NCBI GenBank assembly: GCA_050084985.1
Contig: JBITNC010000001.1
Coordinates: 124,992,001 to 125,056,000 of the forward strand
Reading direction: 5' to 3'
DNA from: Nageia nagi
Taxonomy: Eukaryota > Plantae > Pinophyta
Length of the DNA: 64,000 nucleotides
Each line of letters begins with the position of its first letter. Within the stretch, counting starts at the first letter, position 1. Made by a program: the position numbers and the translations under genes. Of this stretch, positions 38,638-52,674 are shown piece after piece. The notes beneath the pieces are model-generated. The model was not told where the DNA came from. It worked only from the letters and a program-made list of their open reading frames with translations, and ran no database searches.

Positions 38638-39108
38638 TTTTTGGAGGATTTTTGCCAATGGGATGGCTTCTTTACCATCAGTAATCTTTATCGTAGTATT
38701 TTTTTTAGGTTGTTTTCTCAGAGTTATTTCATACACCAATTTAGTTACTCCTTGATGAAGGGGGGTCTTATTCTCATTCTCCTTACATTTCTTCATTGAT
38801 GATGTAGAAGCCTACTTTGACATCCATTTAGAATTCTTTTATATTCTAGAATGTAAGATATGTGTTCCTTTGAATAGAAATGGTTAAGAAAATTCATTTT
38901 AGTGCAAGCTCATTGCAGATATGAACTATATCATTGGCAACATTTGTAGGTGATGCAACATTTCCCTTTTGAGGTTAGGCTCACTTTTAAGGAAGAGCAT
39001 GTCTAGCTTAAAAATATAGTTCTCAAATCTTCTTTTCTGTGTAGGATAAAATATAAATTATGTTTTCATGATACTAACATTTTTCTTCCTTATTGTTGTG
39101 ATAACTAG

Positions 39109-39184
39109 CATAAAGGATGGATCATTGAATTCGGAACTACTAAAATTCAAGTCGAAGTTTCCACGAGAAGTTCTTCTTTGTCGG
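39109..39184 (+). CDS. MSH1: MSH1 exon 4 (start of MutS domain I, mismatch recognition)
   Basis: AG+C = Ser, then IKDGSLNSELLKFKSKFPREVLLCR; donor GTAAAT. Confidence 0.96.
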
Positions 39185-40056
39185 GTAAATATTGTATTAT
39201 TTGCCATATGCTTTTCTATTATATGACTCTTATATGATTCAAAGATATTTTTGATATAATTTATAAAAATAAGGTAGATTTGCAAGATCCTTTTCACTCG
39301 AACATCCATAAAGTTCATAGCTATTTTTATTTTTATTTTCTTCTTCTTTTATTGACTTTCATAAATAGGAAATAAACAGATCAATTGGAAACAAGGTTAC
39401 ACATGGGTTGGGTACGAGGGAACCCGTATCCAAGGACGGTAGGGGATGGCTTAGAAACGACAAGTATATAACTAGTAAAAATTCCCAGCAATTTTCGATT
39501 TTTTAGAAATAAAGGTAGTTTCTAGTTCTACATTCATATTATCAATTCATTGATTCAATGAGTCATTGAATTCATTCATGAAACATTCAATTTGAAATCA
39601 AATATGAAATTAAATATCAAATAGGAAAACTAAAAATTAAAATTAAAATTAAAAATATAAAATTGAGAATACATAATAGTGAAACTTGAAATTTGAAAGT
39701 GAAACTAAGTTACTAGAATAATAATATTCAAATATGAATGAGGAATAGGCTAATAGCATAATAAATGGGCAATAATTATATAATGTTATTAAGTTGAATC
39801 AAGTACATAACATTAATAATTAATATCATATGTGAAGTCAAAATGAAAACCAAAGTAAAACTAATTCTCTAAACCTAATGACTCAATCCAATGGCTTATC
39901 CTTTACTAATCTATTTGAGAAGCTATTCCACACCCAATACAAAGATAAAATTGCCCACCCAGCTCAAGAAGAGAGAGTCCACAGCTCCACGTAGCCGCAC
40001 AACAATAAATTATGAGGACTTAAAGTTTTTGACTTAAGTTTTAACTTTTACACAAT

Positions 40057-43000
40057 TTTGATGACAAAGCAAATTATATTATATAAATGCCTTTACAATA
40101 AAAAAAAGAGAGTGGGTGGCAACAAACACACCCTAAGAAGTTACCACACACTAATCCTAACATCAGATTAGGAGTTTGACAATGTAATATTCCATTTTTC
40201 AGGGCCCCTTTCATGAGCACTTCACTCTCAACAATTATTCCTCATGATGTGGGACACACCTCTTCTAGGAGGCATTCTTTGTAATTTGAAGTTATTTATG
40301 TAATTAAAGGTAATTACGCCATTCGATGGCCTCTCGATGTGGATGAACATTTATCTTGGGTGCAAAAATGTGTTAATTGAGCGGTTAAGGTTGGATGCCC
40401 CTCTTCTAGGGATCTAGGAGTGATTTCAAGTTAATTAGGACACTAATTTAGCTAGATGCCTCATCTTGGGAAGTTGAATATTGTCTTATAACCCCAATGA
40501 GAAATTAGAATGTCTAGGTTGGGTTGGCCAACCCTTTGAGTGGGATGCCTCCTATAAAAGGCAATTAGAGTTTCATTTGAAAATATGCTTGATTAATTAT
40601 TATTTTGTGGGTGTGTGCTCTCTCCATTCCTCTTGTGTACGCAAGGGAGGTACTTGAGGTCCAACATTCCTCAAGCGTTAGTTGACTGCTACTTTGAGGC
40701 CTATCATTCCTCAAAGGTCCAACGATTGCTACTTAGCGTCTGGCATTCCTTAAGATTACCTGAAAACTGCCATCACTGCTGCTGCTCCTAAACCACCATT
40801 GCTGAGTTTGTGTGCACCTCATGATCTACAGAGGAGGGCTTCCAACCCCCTGACGTCACACCTTAGGGGTATTCTGAGTCACTTGCATTGCCAAATTTGC
40901 TTCCCTTGAGAGCCAACTACTAGACGTCTAGCTTCTTGAGTCAGTTTGAGCACATTTGAGGGTTCCTAATGTGAGATCCAGTCTCCTTGGTTGAGGCGTC
41001 TCATTCTTGGGCACATATTTTCTCTTGAGAGGCTTGTAACTCATTTCTCTTGGTTAGATATGTTATATAGTATTTTAAATATATTTCCTGGCATCATTTC
41101 ATTGTGTGTAATTCAGATCTTGCTCTTGGTATTGGGCGCATGCATGATTGAGATGTTATTTTGAGTATTTGATGCCCTAGAGTAATTCGTCCTAATTTTA
41201 GAGTAATTGTGGAGTGATAAGTATAATTTTATGTGTATGATTAGGTCACTTGAGTAATTTGGAATTTATTGAATAATTATGGAACTAATTCAATAATTGT
41301 TTGAGCTATTCCTAGTTGGGAATATTACAGACAACAAAAAAACAGAATGTTTAAGGAACGGTTAAAGGCACACATCGCCATACAAAAAAGGACAAAATCA
41401 TAAAACACCATCAAGCAGCATCGATTGGGGAGCCCCAAGTGGGTGACTCTTCCTCCACCATATTCTCCCACGTATTCGTGGGGATAGGTTGAATGTCCCA
41501 CCTATCTCCTTTGTGAACGTATACATTCACAACTTCCACATCTTCCCACCATCCTTGTGCATTAACAACAAATGAGGGAGAATGCTGAGTATCCCAAGTG
41601 CTATTATTGCGAGCATTGAAAGCATTAGTTGGATGTCCTCCCCACCTCGAATGTGATGAAGCTTGCGTAGGCATTGAAATCATACCACCATGATGTCATG
41701 AGGAACTCGCACCATGATCAAACCTCCACCGCTAAACTGGAGATGGTTGTGACAAATGCTGCCCTTTAGATTGTGAATGGTTACTCTTTGGTGGGTGATG
41801 ATGAGACCGTGATCAGGAACGAAGGGAACATTGCTGTGAAATCTTTGGGGGGACCCGACTAACTTAGCATGGAATTAGCCCAATAGTCCAAGAGGGCACG
41901 AATGTGATTCAACTCCAACTCCACCTTAGCTGCTTGATTGCAAATTTGTATCTAGGTATTAAGAAACACCTCTATCTTGTCAGCAAGTGAGAAATCATGT
42001 AAAGGTTCCTGATTTTTAAAAATTATTCTATTTTGGGCCTTTCAGATATGAAAAGCAAATCGATCCTAAATATATGCCATACTTCATGAAGAGGAAGGGT
42101 CATGTTGAAACAATCACCTAGGAGAGCATGTTGCCATGAAATATTCCTAGACAAATACAAAGTAAAAAAAGAAAAACCCAATCCCAAGCAATTCTAGCAC
42201 GCTTGCATAACCAAAACAAATGCAAGCAAGACTCTTTCTCATTACAAAATGCACATTTTGGATCTGGAACACCTAGGTGAACCAATGGATCTCCAAGAGA
42301 AGGCCTTGGTGAAGCAGACTCTAAGCAAAAAAAGCCTATTTAGGCTCAATATAGGAAGCCCACATAGATACAAATCTGGATTTCCATCGAGATTTAAGAG
42401 AAATTAAATCCCACTTAATATTGAGCCAAGGAACCATAGGTAAAATAGGGGACAACCAAGAATACCCAAGTCATGCTTTGTAATTCCATAAAGGAATATT
42501 TTTAAACCACGATCAGTCTTTCCACCACGACCTTTGCCTTCTCCTTCCAATCTTACACCACAGATTGAGAGGAGTATTATCAATTACTGCATCATAGGTA
42601 TCCTTTTTCGCATTTGTCAAGTTACATGTGTCTGAAAGAGTTCCATGGGATCCAATCTTTATTGACTGTAGAGAAAAGATCTGCTGTTGAGACAATACCC
42701 TTTTTAAAGAATTTTTTGGCATGAATTCATTGCACCTGAGCAACAGGTTTTTGGCATGAATTCATTGCACTTGAGCAAGAGGTGTGCCATGAAGGGAAAT
42801 CAACGAAGACCACTAGATGCTATGAGAATTAATGGAAAATCTGTTATTGAATTCATTGCCTTTCCACTTGAGCCAAGGTGTAAGCTATTGCTAAGCCCGC
42901 CAAATACTTTTAATTACAAAGGAGCCTGAAATCTTAATAAAAACTGTAGCTACCACAAGAGACTAAAAGTTCATGCCCTTCCAAGCTCGCCTGTTGAGAG

Positions 43001-43330
43001 GCAACCCCAAGGATACAAGATGTCTAATCAAAACTTTCTAAGCTTCAGCTCCTTCAAGAGCCCAAATAATCCTTTTTGCACACAGAGCAATTCCTTGTCT
43101 TCTGCAATCAATCAAACCCATGCCCCCTAAATCTTTAGGTAAAGAACAATTTTCCCAAGCCACTCTATGAAAGCCTTTGTGGTCTGAAGATGAAGTCCGT
43201 AGAATATCCCACAAAAGCTTTTCCACAATCCAACTTATTATAGCATGCCTGGGAAGGCACTCAACATGAGGAATAATAGACATGGGTGGATGCCAAAATT
43301 TTAGAGCAAATTTGAAATTTTCTTGCTAGA
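40057..43330 (-). mobile_element. 5'-truncated L1-type LINE remnant, interrupted by a solo LTR
   Basis: HRVAWENCSLPKDLGGMGLID..ALCAK (RT C-terminal region); zf-RVT-like C..C..ESCLHLFWLC near 42200-42260; T-tract 3' end near 40057. Boundaries are approximate. Confidence 0.8.
40183..41329 (+). mobile_element. Solo LTR with TSD GACAA (family A)
   Basis: TGTAATATTCC...GGAATATTACA; GACAA at 40178-40182 and 41330-41334. Confidence 0.93.
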
Positions 43331-44456
43331 GCCTTGAACCACATGACTCCATATATATCATTTAAAGGTTTAGTATATAGCCTGTCTGTTGAAAGTGCAA
43401 CTTGATGAGACAAGAAAAATAGATACCATTCTGTTTGGATAGCTCTCCTTTTCAGATATTGTAATACTTTTGATATTTGAAGTATTATCTATTGCAGTTT
43501 TCTTTAAAAAATTGATTTTGAGTTATAAATTAAACTACAGCAACAAAAGACAGATTCTTTTATTGCCAATACATAATATTCCCACTTTTAGATTAGAAGT
43601 TAACAATGCTTGAAATAGTAAATGGACAAGTCCTATATATGATTCTAGATGAATGATCACCTGAATGGTATGAGAAAGGAAATTAAACATAACTTAATCC
43701 CTATCCATGCCCACACGAGCATTGAATTGACAGCCTACAGTGAATTGATTGCAGATATAAAGCAACATATCATCCTCCTATATTTCATGGTCTGAATTGA
43801 CCAAGTAGGGTGAGTCTAATTGAAGGATCTTCCTAATTTCTTATTGTCTTGGAGGTATGCATAAATCATATCTCCTTGAAAACTAACAGCCCTGTGGTAA
43901 ACTTGACATTTTTAATAGTTGTTCAATCTTTTTGGAGTAATTTCTGTGTACATGGAACAATCTAGCTACTGTGAACTAACGATGTGACTCTAAATGCCTT
44001 CCTAGTCTTCATACAGAACGTTTTCAGTTAACTTCATGTACATACACCATAAAAACAAAGCATAATATCAAAACTACAGAACAGCGGCTAGATCCTATAA
44101 TACCTGGACATAGCAATAACAGAGAATTTAAGAGAAAGTATAACCTAGGTAGTGAGTAGCCAGATTGGAGAATGAATAAAGTGGCATTAGTTTGGAGTCA
44201 AATTTATTTTCAATCATGGCTTCTGTTTTTGTACTACTCTTTTATTTTGATCATGTAATTAGAAAAGCTGTAATGACTCTCATTTTAACATGGGAGATCT
44301 GCTATTAAAATGTTGGTATTTGTCATGAATCTGATCCAGGTTAATTTAAGTGTCTCTTTTGTTCTTTTTTCTTTGAAGACACCTTTTCCATCCATATGGA
44401 AAATTGTCATAGTTAAAAGCTGATGCTTTAGTTTGTTGATTCTTTTGGACTAACAG

Positions 44457-44576
44457 GTAGGAGAGTTCTACGAGGCTGTGGGATTTGATGCATGCATCCT
44501 TGTTGAGCATGCTGGTCTCAATCCTATGGGAGGCATAAAGTCTAGCAGTGTTCCAAAGGCTGGTTGTCCAGTTATG
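44457..44576 (+). CDS. MSH1: MSH1 exon 5 (contains the FYE mismatch-binding motif)
   Basis: Acceptor taacag; VGEFYEAVGFDACILVEHAGLNPMGGIKSSSVPKAGCPVM; donor GTATGT. Confidence 0.97.
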
Positions 44577-47419
44577 GTATGTGTTCAAATTACTTTTTTC
44601 TAGAATCCAGGATTATAGACAACTTTGGTTCAAAATTCACAAGCATATCTATTAACTTTTATTTTCATATTAGATACAGAATAACATCCATTATCATGAT
44701 TGTTTTGTTGTTATCTATATTATTATTATTATCAAATCAGGTTGAGGTCTATGTTATTATAAGTTAGGATGTAGTTCTTATGAAAGGCAAGCCTTGTAAT
44801 CTACATGAATGTTGGAGGCTCTAGTTTATAACTTTATTGTATTTTATTAATTTTTGTTTTCTATGATTGGCTTCTAAGCCATTAATATTGTACCAAAAAA
44901 CTGGGGGGTCAATGCTGAATGCAATTTCAAGAAATTGCGAAGTCCTTGGCCAGCTATGTTATGTAGCATATTTACTTGTTATTAGCATGTGTGATAATTG
45001 ATACATATAAGCGTTTACCAATTCAAAATCTATCATCTTTGATAGTCCAACGTTAACAGTTTGATAGATTACACCTGATTCAACACACGGAAATTTGAAT
45101 AATGCATCACAACGGGATCCCTTGTTGGCTTTGTGAATATAAGTGTTTCACTTTCAATAGACTGATGAATCACGGTTTTACTTTTAACCTTTATTCAGAA
45201 CAAGGTCCAGTTCAGAAGAGAGAAAGTTTCGTTTGTTTGCTAATACGCTCAACATCTGAAAGATACTCATAGGTACTAAAACAATGGGGATTCTTGATGA
45301 ATAAACATCAAGAACTAACAAAGTCAATTTTTTTGTTCATTCTGTTTTAGGTTTGTCCAACTTATTATGGACCAGACAGTCCAAATATGGGTGTCAAAGG
45401 GGGATAGAAGGACTGTTATTAATAGAACCCCTGAAGCCTTTGATTTGCCCCTCATCCAACTTCTTCACTGCCAAGATTGAGGTAAATAAAAACTCTATAT
45501 TGTGTCTGGACTATTGAGGACCCAAGATTTTTTTTTGTAAAAGCCGCCAATATAAATCTCAATATGCCTAATAATATTCTTTATTCATCTTATTGGTTTG
45601 TTTTCCGAAGGATATTATCAGAATTGTTTGCAGTTATTTGCTGAACGGTAGTTTACACAAATAAGTAAAATCTTCATATTGGCCCTGTATTGAACATAGA
45701 ATTCCTAGCAACGGTTTTGCTTATTAGACTTAAGTAATGCTGGACAAAAGCCATTTTCTTATAAGCAGTCTAAGGAAATTAAAGTGAATTGGTTTCTCTA
45801 AAAGCACTGAGCCTATCTTTTCTCTCTCGTCAGAAAATGTCAAGAATAAATCATTACCATGCTGACACCCCCATCATTATAAATTAGAATGGAACCAAAT
45901 TTTGCAATGAGCTTATTTATGTTTTCCCGGGAAAGTTTTGTTGGACAAAGACATATGTGCTCAATGGAGATATTTCTTTGACATTACCAGTGGGCCTATT
46001 GCATATTAATTCTATGTGTACAGCAAACGCTTCTTTTAAACAGAAGGCAGTAGCTTCTTTGGCCCTATGACACGGGTTATTGTTCAAAACCTTCGTAAGT
46101 TGAAATTATAGATCACTTTTGTGCTCCTTGGCCTTTGCCCCTCTATTTAGTTGCAACTCCTCTACGGGGAAACTCCTGGATGATTAAGGACTCTGCAAAG
46201 TCATTAGGAATTCCATTCAGTTGATAGGATTGTTTTCAATTTGGAGGAAACGATATTAGATCATATTTCAGGATGATAATTCATGATTCCCTTGTTTATC
46301 AACTTAAAACTGTTAAGTCAAGAGTGAGCCATGCATATTCAATTCGGAAAAGATGTGCAATCCTTTCATGTTAATACTTAAGTGCAGATGCTTTATTTCT
46401 TAGCTTATGTCGGGAAAGAATTTCTTTGTAACTCTGGAGTCCGAATGCAAACAATGTACGTAACGAATGACTAATAGAACATTCAAAAATGAAAGTGATG
46501 CTAAAACCATTGTCACAACTAGCTTAACAATAAAACCATGATTAGTTATTCCTGGTTTGGCTTGAAAGTAACATACCTCAACCTACGGGCAATGTTTAAT
46601 CGAATGGTGTTGCAGTAATTGTACAAAGAAAGTTTACAACATCCCAATTAGATTAGAAATTTTCTGTTTTTTTTTACTGGCATTAGCTTTAGCAAGTTAA
46701 CTACTATTCGAGTCAGCAACAGTAAAAAATGTAGTTGGATATGAACTACAGAGGATGAATTCTAAAACTCTTGATTTCTTTTGTTGTTCAGCTGCTATTG
46801 CATTTTGCTGAATCTGGTAATTTCAACTTCTGATAAGCTTCTTGGAGCAAATTTTGAGCTAGAAGGAAAAACTTTGCAAATATTTGACCATGCAACCATA
46901 GTAGAATTTTGACAGAGTTTCAATTTCTCTTTAAATATGCCATTCACATTTGAACCCATTTCTTGCGGATAGCTAATTGGAATTTAGACCTAAAGCATCA
47001 TACTCTTGTAGTAGCACCTACTTTCGTACTCTATGAGGCCAAATGATGCAGAAATAAAAGCATGAATAGGATTATTTTTCAGAAATGCAAAGAAAGTATA
47101 ACAATATATAAGTATATGTTTCTGTTGTGCCCTACACAACATGCCCCATAATCTTACGTTTTTGGAGACCCATCGCAACTCATGTTTGTGCAACACCACG
47201 TTTTGTCTTGTGTTGTTTTGACTCCATTCAATTGGGAATCATGTTTATCACCTCATCACTTAAGTGTGCTAAATCGTCCGGTCTTAGTCATGTTAGAATG
47301 AAAGCCAAAATCCTCCAAAAAAATGGCTAAGTCTGGAAATTCAAATCAAGTCTAGGTGAACTAGGGAAACCCATGTTGAGTCAAAAACGATTCAAGTGAG
47401 TCTAGGCCACTCCTAGGCC

Positions 47420-48570
47420 CAGTGCATGCTTCAAAAAGACAAAATCTTGTCTTTCTAGGACGTGCACTCGGACTAGCGAGTCGTCCAAGTCGGAATCTGA
47501 ATTTGGAAAGAAAAATTGGACCACTTCCAAGCCCAATGCATGCCTCAAAAGACAAAGTTTTGTCTTTCTAGGACATGCGCTTGGCTTTGGGAGGTGCTTG
47601 TATCGGAACGAAAGATGGAGAAGACAAGCTGAAGGCACTTCAAGTCTGGCGCATGCCCCAGAAAGACAAAATCTTGTCTTTTGGGAGCATGCGCTCAAGC
47701 TGGAAGGCCACACAGGTCCAGTTCAAAGATGGGAAAGTGGAGTCCAAGTACCTAGGAGGCAAGCGCATGCCTCAAAAAGACAAAATCTTGTCTTCGGGGG
47801 CATCCTTTCATTACAAAGAGGCATCTAGTTCAATCTCATGAGGAAATTTGGTTAAGGCACAGACTCCTCAAACCAACATCTAGCTCAGGCATGATCAAGA
47901 GAGTTAGGAGCACCATTTCAAAAGACAAAATCTTGTCTTTCCGTAGCATGCTTCTAACCTTGGGAGACATTAGTTCCAGGAAAATGTGAAATTTTGGCTA
48001 AGTCCCACTTGCTAAAGCCTCGAAATCGGACAAACTGGGCAAGAGCAACCCAACGCATGCCACACAAAGACAAAATCTTGTCTTTTTGGAACATGTGCTC
48101 AAGCTAGCACAACTGAAGAGTTGGGAGCACCGTTTCAAAAGACAAAATCTTGTCTTTTTATAGCATGCTCCTAAGGCAAGGAGATGCCCAATTTGATCCA
48201 ATGGTGAAAATTGGCTAAGGCATGAAAACTTTGAAGCTAGTATTCGACTCAAGCATGATTGGAAGGTTGGGTGCACTATTTCAAAAGACAAGATTTTGTC
48301 TTTTTGAAACGGTCCAACTGGTAGGTTGAGCACACCGTTTCAAAAGACAATCTTGTCTTTTTGAAACGTGCGCCTGGCTTGGGAGGAGTCCTGGATGCGC
48401 CCAATGATGAAATTTGACAAGTTTGGGTCCTTGAAAAGACACACTCAGGTGATGCAAGGTCAAAGCAGACGAGTTGAAGAGCCAAGACAACAAGAGTGCA
48501 AAAGACATGAAGCTTCCAGTTGGGCACAAGCTTTAAAAAGACAATCTTGTCTTTTCTAGGCATGTGCCAA
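47420..48570. repeat. Array of about 10 palindromic motifs AAAAGACAA-aatc-TTGTCTTTT, probably within an LTR U3 region
   Basis: Copies near 47434, 47547, 47662, 47775, 47920, 48066, 48137, 48283, 48342 and 48536. An LTR-type TATA (CTATTTATACCC) lies downstream near 48926. Confidence 0.88.
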
Positions 48571-49916
48571 CCCCAGAAGAATACTCACCCCCACATCCAA
48601 TTTTTAGCGAGGACCTCAGAGATTGTCTGCGGTTTGGAGATAATAGCCAAGTTCTTGGATGAGGACTTAGAAGATATAGTTGCAGCCATGGCCCACCATC
48701 ATTTTAGCTATTTTTAGTTTATTTTATTTTTCACAAAAAAATCTTTATTCTTTGTAAAAGACTTTTATTATTATTTTATTCTCAAACATGTGATGAATGA
48801 GGATTTGCTCCCACAAGTTTGGAAGGGATCTTGTAATGCCATGTGGCACTTTATTATTGGACCACATTTATTTTTCTTGGAACACGTAATTAGGGTTAGG
48901 GCAACACTCTTGGTTGCTCGAAAAACTATTTATACCCTTGGATTCTCATTTGTAAAGGGAGGATTTACATTTTAACAATTGAAAAGAACTTTTGCTTGCA
49001 ACACAAAAATTCTCTAAATTTGTTAAGTGTGGTGTATGTGAATGCAATTATGTTTATATGCTTCTCATGTTGTAATGTCAAATCTGAATGAATGAATGAT
49101 AGTGCTATCTAGTTTGTTCTATCATTGCTTTGTGCTGATTTTAATCACTTGGTGCATCTTGTAAATTTCATTTGGTGTGGACAAGAGAATGCTTGGAAAT
49201 CTTGTGAAGTGGTGGATTAGCATCTTGTTTGTGGTATTTCATCATTTACAATTTTAGGCTGGGATACCTCAAAATGTTTTTTTGATGTTGCTCATGGTAG
49301 GAACTTCACCCGAATAATTGAGTCTTACCTCCATCCCAACCTACTCCACCCTTACCACAACTTCACGCTCCTTCCATTAGACCATTCGTGTTGTTGGCTA
49401 GTGGGACGGATAGAGGGTGCTTGGAACCTACGTTGAGACCCAACAAGTCGACTTTTGAGGACTTTATCCCAAGCCCATGAGTACGCATGCCTATAATTGC
49501 ATCCTACTACCCACAATCTTTCCACCAATTTTTTTCTTTTTATTTTACAACTTTTTTGCATGGTTTTCGCACCCCTTTTGTTTTTAGTATTTTGGAAACA
49601 ATCTTATCTAAACACCAAGACAATCTGAGTCCCTTGAATCCACACATGATATTCATGTTGGTGGCAACTGCAAACATCTCAGCTAGTCCTTGAGTTATCT
49701 CTGCCAAGACGTGGAGCTAACCTTTGGGGTAACTAGTCCCCATAGTGGGAAGGAGTAATGTCCTTTCACTTGAGGTGTTGGAGTATTTCTCACTACTCTA
49801 GGGTAGGAAAGAGAGCAATTAGCACCCGTTGGAAGACTCCAAGAAAGGGATGTTGCATGAAAGAGATCAATTAGCACCCGTTGGATATGATTTCGATGAT
49901 CCCAAGGCATTCCAGG

Positions 49917-52205
49917 TGTAACATCTCCTTTTTCTAAAAAATAAATAATTTTGGAATCCTAAGGATTCCCTTTTGTAAATATTTTAGTTGCTCATGTATT
50001 TGTTGCTAATTCCTTGGGATAGAATATAATGGTCCTATGGACCCACATTGTGAGCCCCAAAGTGGGACATCTTCCTCCCAAGCTTAGGATGAATTATTTG
50101 AGGATAGAGTTCGCCATAGGTCTTGGAGAGTTGATTTGATTTGTTCATTGGATAGGGCATCTCATTGGAAACGTTTTGACAGGGTACATGAGATGGTTTC
50201 ATCAAGAAACGAAAGAGTTATGGCCTTTTGAAGTTCGCCAATTGGACCAGTCTTCCATATCACGGCCACTCACAGAAATCTAGAAACATCTCCATATTGA
50301 CCCCTTTGAAATGTGACGTCCCACTTTGTAATGTCCCAAAAATAAATATTTTTGTAAATGTCTCCTACACTTAATTATGAAAGTGAAAAGGGGTTCATGT
50401 GACTAGGAGACATAACATTAAGTTATTTTCATTTGTGTTTTATTTCTTTACGATGTAATAAGGCACTTTAAGTGAAATTAGGGTTTGGGGATGTCAACTT
50501 GAAATTAGATCCTCAAGCTATATAAGAGGATGGAGCGTCCCATTTTGAGTATGTATTTGCTATTATACGACTTTGTATGTGAAACCCTAGGTTTCTTGAG
50601 GAAGGTTGCGCCCTACTCAAACTCCACCGTTGTTTAGGAGATGTGCCCTAGCTCTGTTGGAGGCATTTGTAGTTGACAAGAGATGAGCCTTGCTGTTGCA
50701 TTTGTAAACTAAGGAGATGTGCCCTTAGTCACTTGAAATTGCTGTGGAAGAAATCCAGCCAGTTTGTGGTGATTTTTGCTATTGTGTTTTGTGCCCTTGC
50801 TGCCCTAGAAGGGGTTTCCAGCTTTGTGAGCAATATTCAGCCAGATTTCTGTGTTTTTTGAGTTAATAGGAACCCTAAGGGGGGGTTTATCCCATTCTGG
50901 GGAGTTTTCCAGTTCATTTTATGTTCGTATTTGAGTACCGTTTTGGATGTTCTTTCATTGTATCCATTTAGAAATTAATACAATTCTATCCTGACTGATT
51001 TTTCTAATTGTGGCGCAACATTTGTGCTAATTTCTGTGTTTGAGTATCCAGCTTTGTATAAAAATCAGAAATGAGTCATTTCACGCTCCTTGGGATATGA
51101 GTTATTTATGGATTGTATTTAGGTGTGAGCTTGGTAATTAGGAGTAGATTTAGTATGTTTTATGAGAGCCACTTGTATGAGTTGTAATACATGATTCCAA
51201 TGCAATTAATAATTGTAAATGCAATATTAGTCTCCAATAATGAGGCATTGCATATCTAGCCATTGGATCTTGTAATTAAATGTGATTATTGACATCCCTA
51301 GGCAACGTTGGCATATGTATGATACCTCGGGCACATCTAACTCCACATTTGGGCATTTGAGGGCCTCTAACGTTGGACTTGGAGGTTGGAGTGATGATTT
51401 CTAAGTGAGATCCAAATCCAGGGAGTGTTATATAAAGGAGATTAACATCATTGCAGAGATAGATTGAATTTGATATTGAAACCCTTCTCTTTGGAGCTAC
51501 CAAAGTTTTGGCGGTGTCAAGCACCTTTGAGTGTAGCGCACAAGGAGAATGCAGGAGGCTTAGGACAACTTTTGTCTTACACGGTTGGGGTGTTGTTCGT
51601 GCGAGTGAGGCTACCCTACCCTGAGGCATCCACAAGCGATCTTCATCTTTGAATCCATCTTTTCACATTTCGGAACCACACCCGTTCTCTTTGTCGGGAG
51701 CTAGTCTGTGAGGGAGCCCTTCGGTGAGGCATCCACAACTCTGGTTGGAGGTGGTTGTTCTACCCCAATTTCAGCATCTATCTCAACATTTCATGTACCC
51801 TAGTTGGCTCCTTGGAGGCCAACGTTGAGCCCATTGGGCTTGGTATTGTTTCATTCACTGTTTTCATCATTAATACAGCTATGGGCACTTTGGATCTCTA
51901 TAATAGTCTCATTTTGTGATGTTCATGCTTGTATATTCCCGATGTTGAGCTATTTGCATGTTTGTACTTGTGTAATGCAACGTTGGCATATTTGGATGTA
52001 TTTGGCATAATATACTAGCCTTGGTGTATGACGTTGAGCATTTGGGTGGTATTTGTGCTTATCTAGTGAGACGTTGGCATTTCTGGATTAATATTTCATA
52101 TATTTGATGCCCTAAATCAGATGTGGCTTGCTTGAGGGCTAGCTTTGATGTTTTGAAGTATTTTATTTGGCTAATCTGCACTTGAGAATTTTTGGGGATA
52201 TTACA
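49917..52205 (+). mobile_element. Solo LTR (family B) containing a further nested LTR-like insertion (about 50320-51260)
   Basis: TGTAACATCTCC...GGGGATATTACA; near-TSD CCAGG/CTAGG. Both ends are homologous to 52675-53854. Confidence 0.75.
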
Positions 52206-52674
52206 CTAGGATATGACGTCTGACCCCATGGGTGAATCTGGACCACACAAGTTGATTATGGTGATCCCAATGCTTCTAGAGGGACGTTGGCATGAGGAAA
52301 CTATAAAAGAAGTCTTGGACTCATTTGGATATGCTTGGATTATTATTATTTTATTTTGCCAGACGTAGGTGCAAGCTCTCTCCTTCTCCTCTTGAGGACG
52401 AAAACCCACAAGAGAGGTACTTGAGGTCTAGCATTCCTCTTGACTTATCTAATTGTTACCTTGGGTTTGGCATTCCCTAGAGTTTTTGAAGAGTGCTATC
52501 TAGGGCCTAAAATTCCCTAGATTAATTTAAGATTGCTATCTTGGGGCCCGACATTCCTTAAAATCTATTGAAGACTACTACCTTGATACCTAACATTGCT
52601 CAAGGGTTTCTGCTGAAGATTGCTAGAGGAGCCTTGAGCTTCCACACTACTGCTGTTGAAGTTCTCCATCAGGG

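Larger units (their letters stand above)
36920..38800 (-). mobile_element. Polyadenylated, retroposed-looking element carrying a Lys-rich ORF of unknown family, interrupted by a solo LTR
   Basis: A T-tract (TTTTTTTGATTAATA) near 36920 reads as an A-tail on the minus strand. Minus ORFs 38451-38678, 37570-37980 and 37109-37576 become nearly continuous once the LTR and one duplicate copy are removed. Confidence 0.45.

Noticed and set aside
37639-38799. Hydrophobic + strand ORFs as membrane-protein genes
   Set aside because: They are antisense shadows of the A-rich, Lys-rich minus-strand frame.
47420-48570. CRISPR array
   Set aside because: Eukaryotic intron/LTR context, irregular spacer lengths, degenerate repeats and no cas genes.
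47361-48717. Overlapping short ORFs with repeated KTRFCL/KDKILS peptides
   Set aside because: Translation artefacts of the palindromic DNA repeat.
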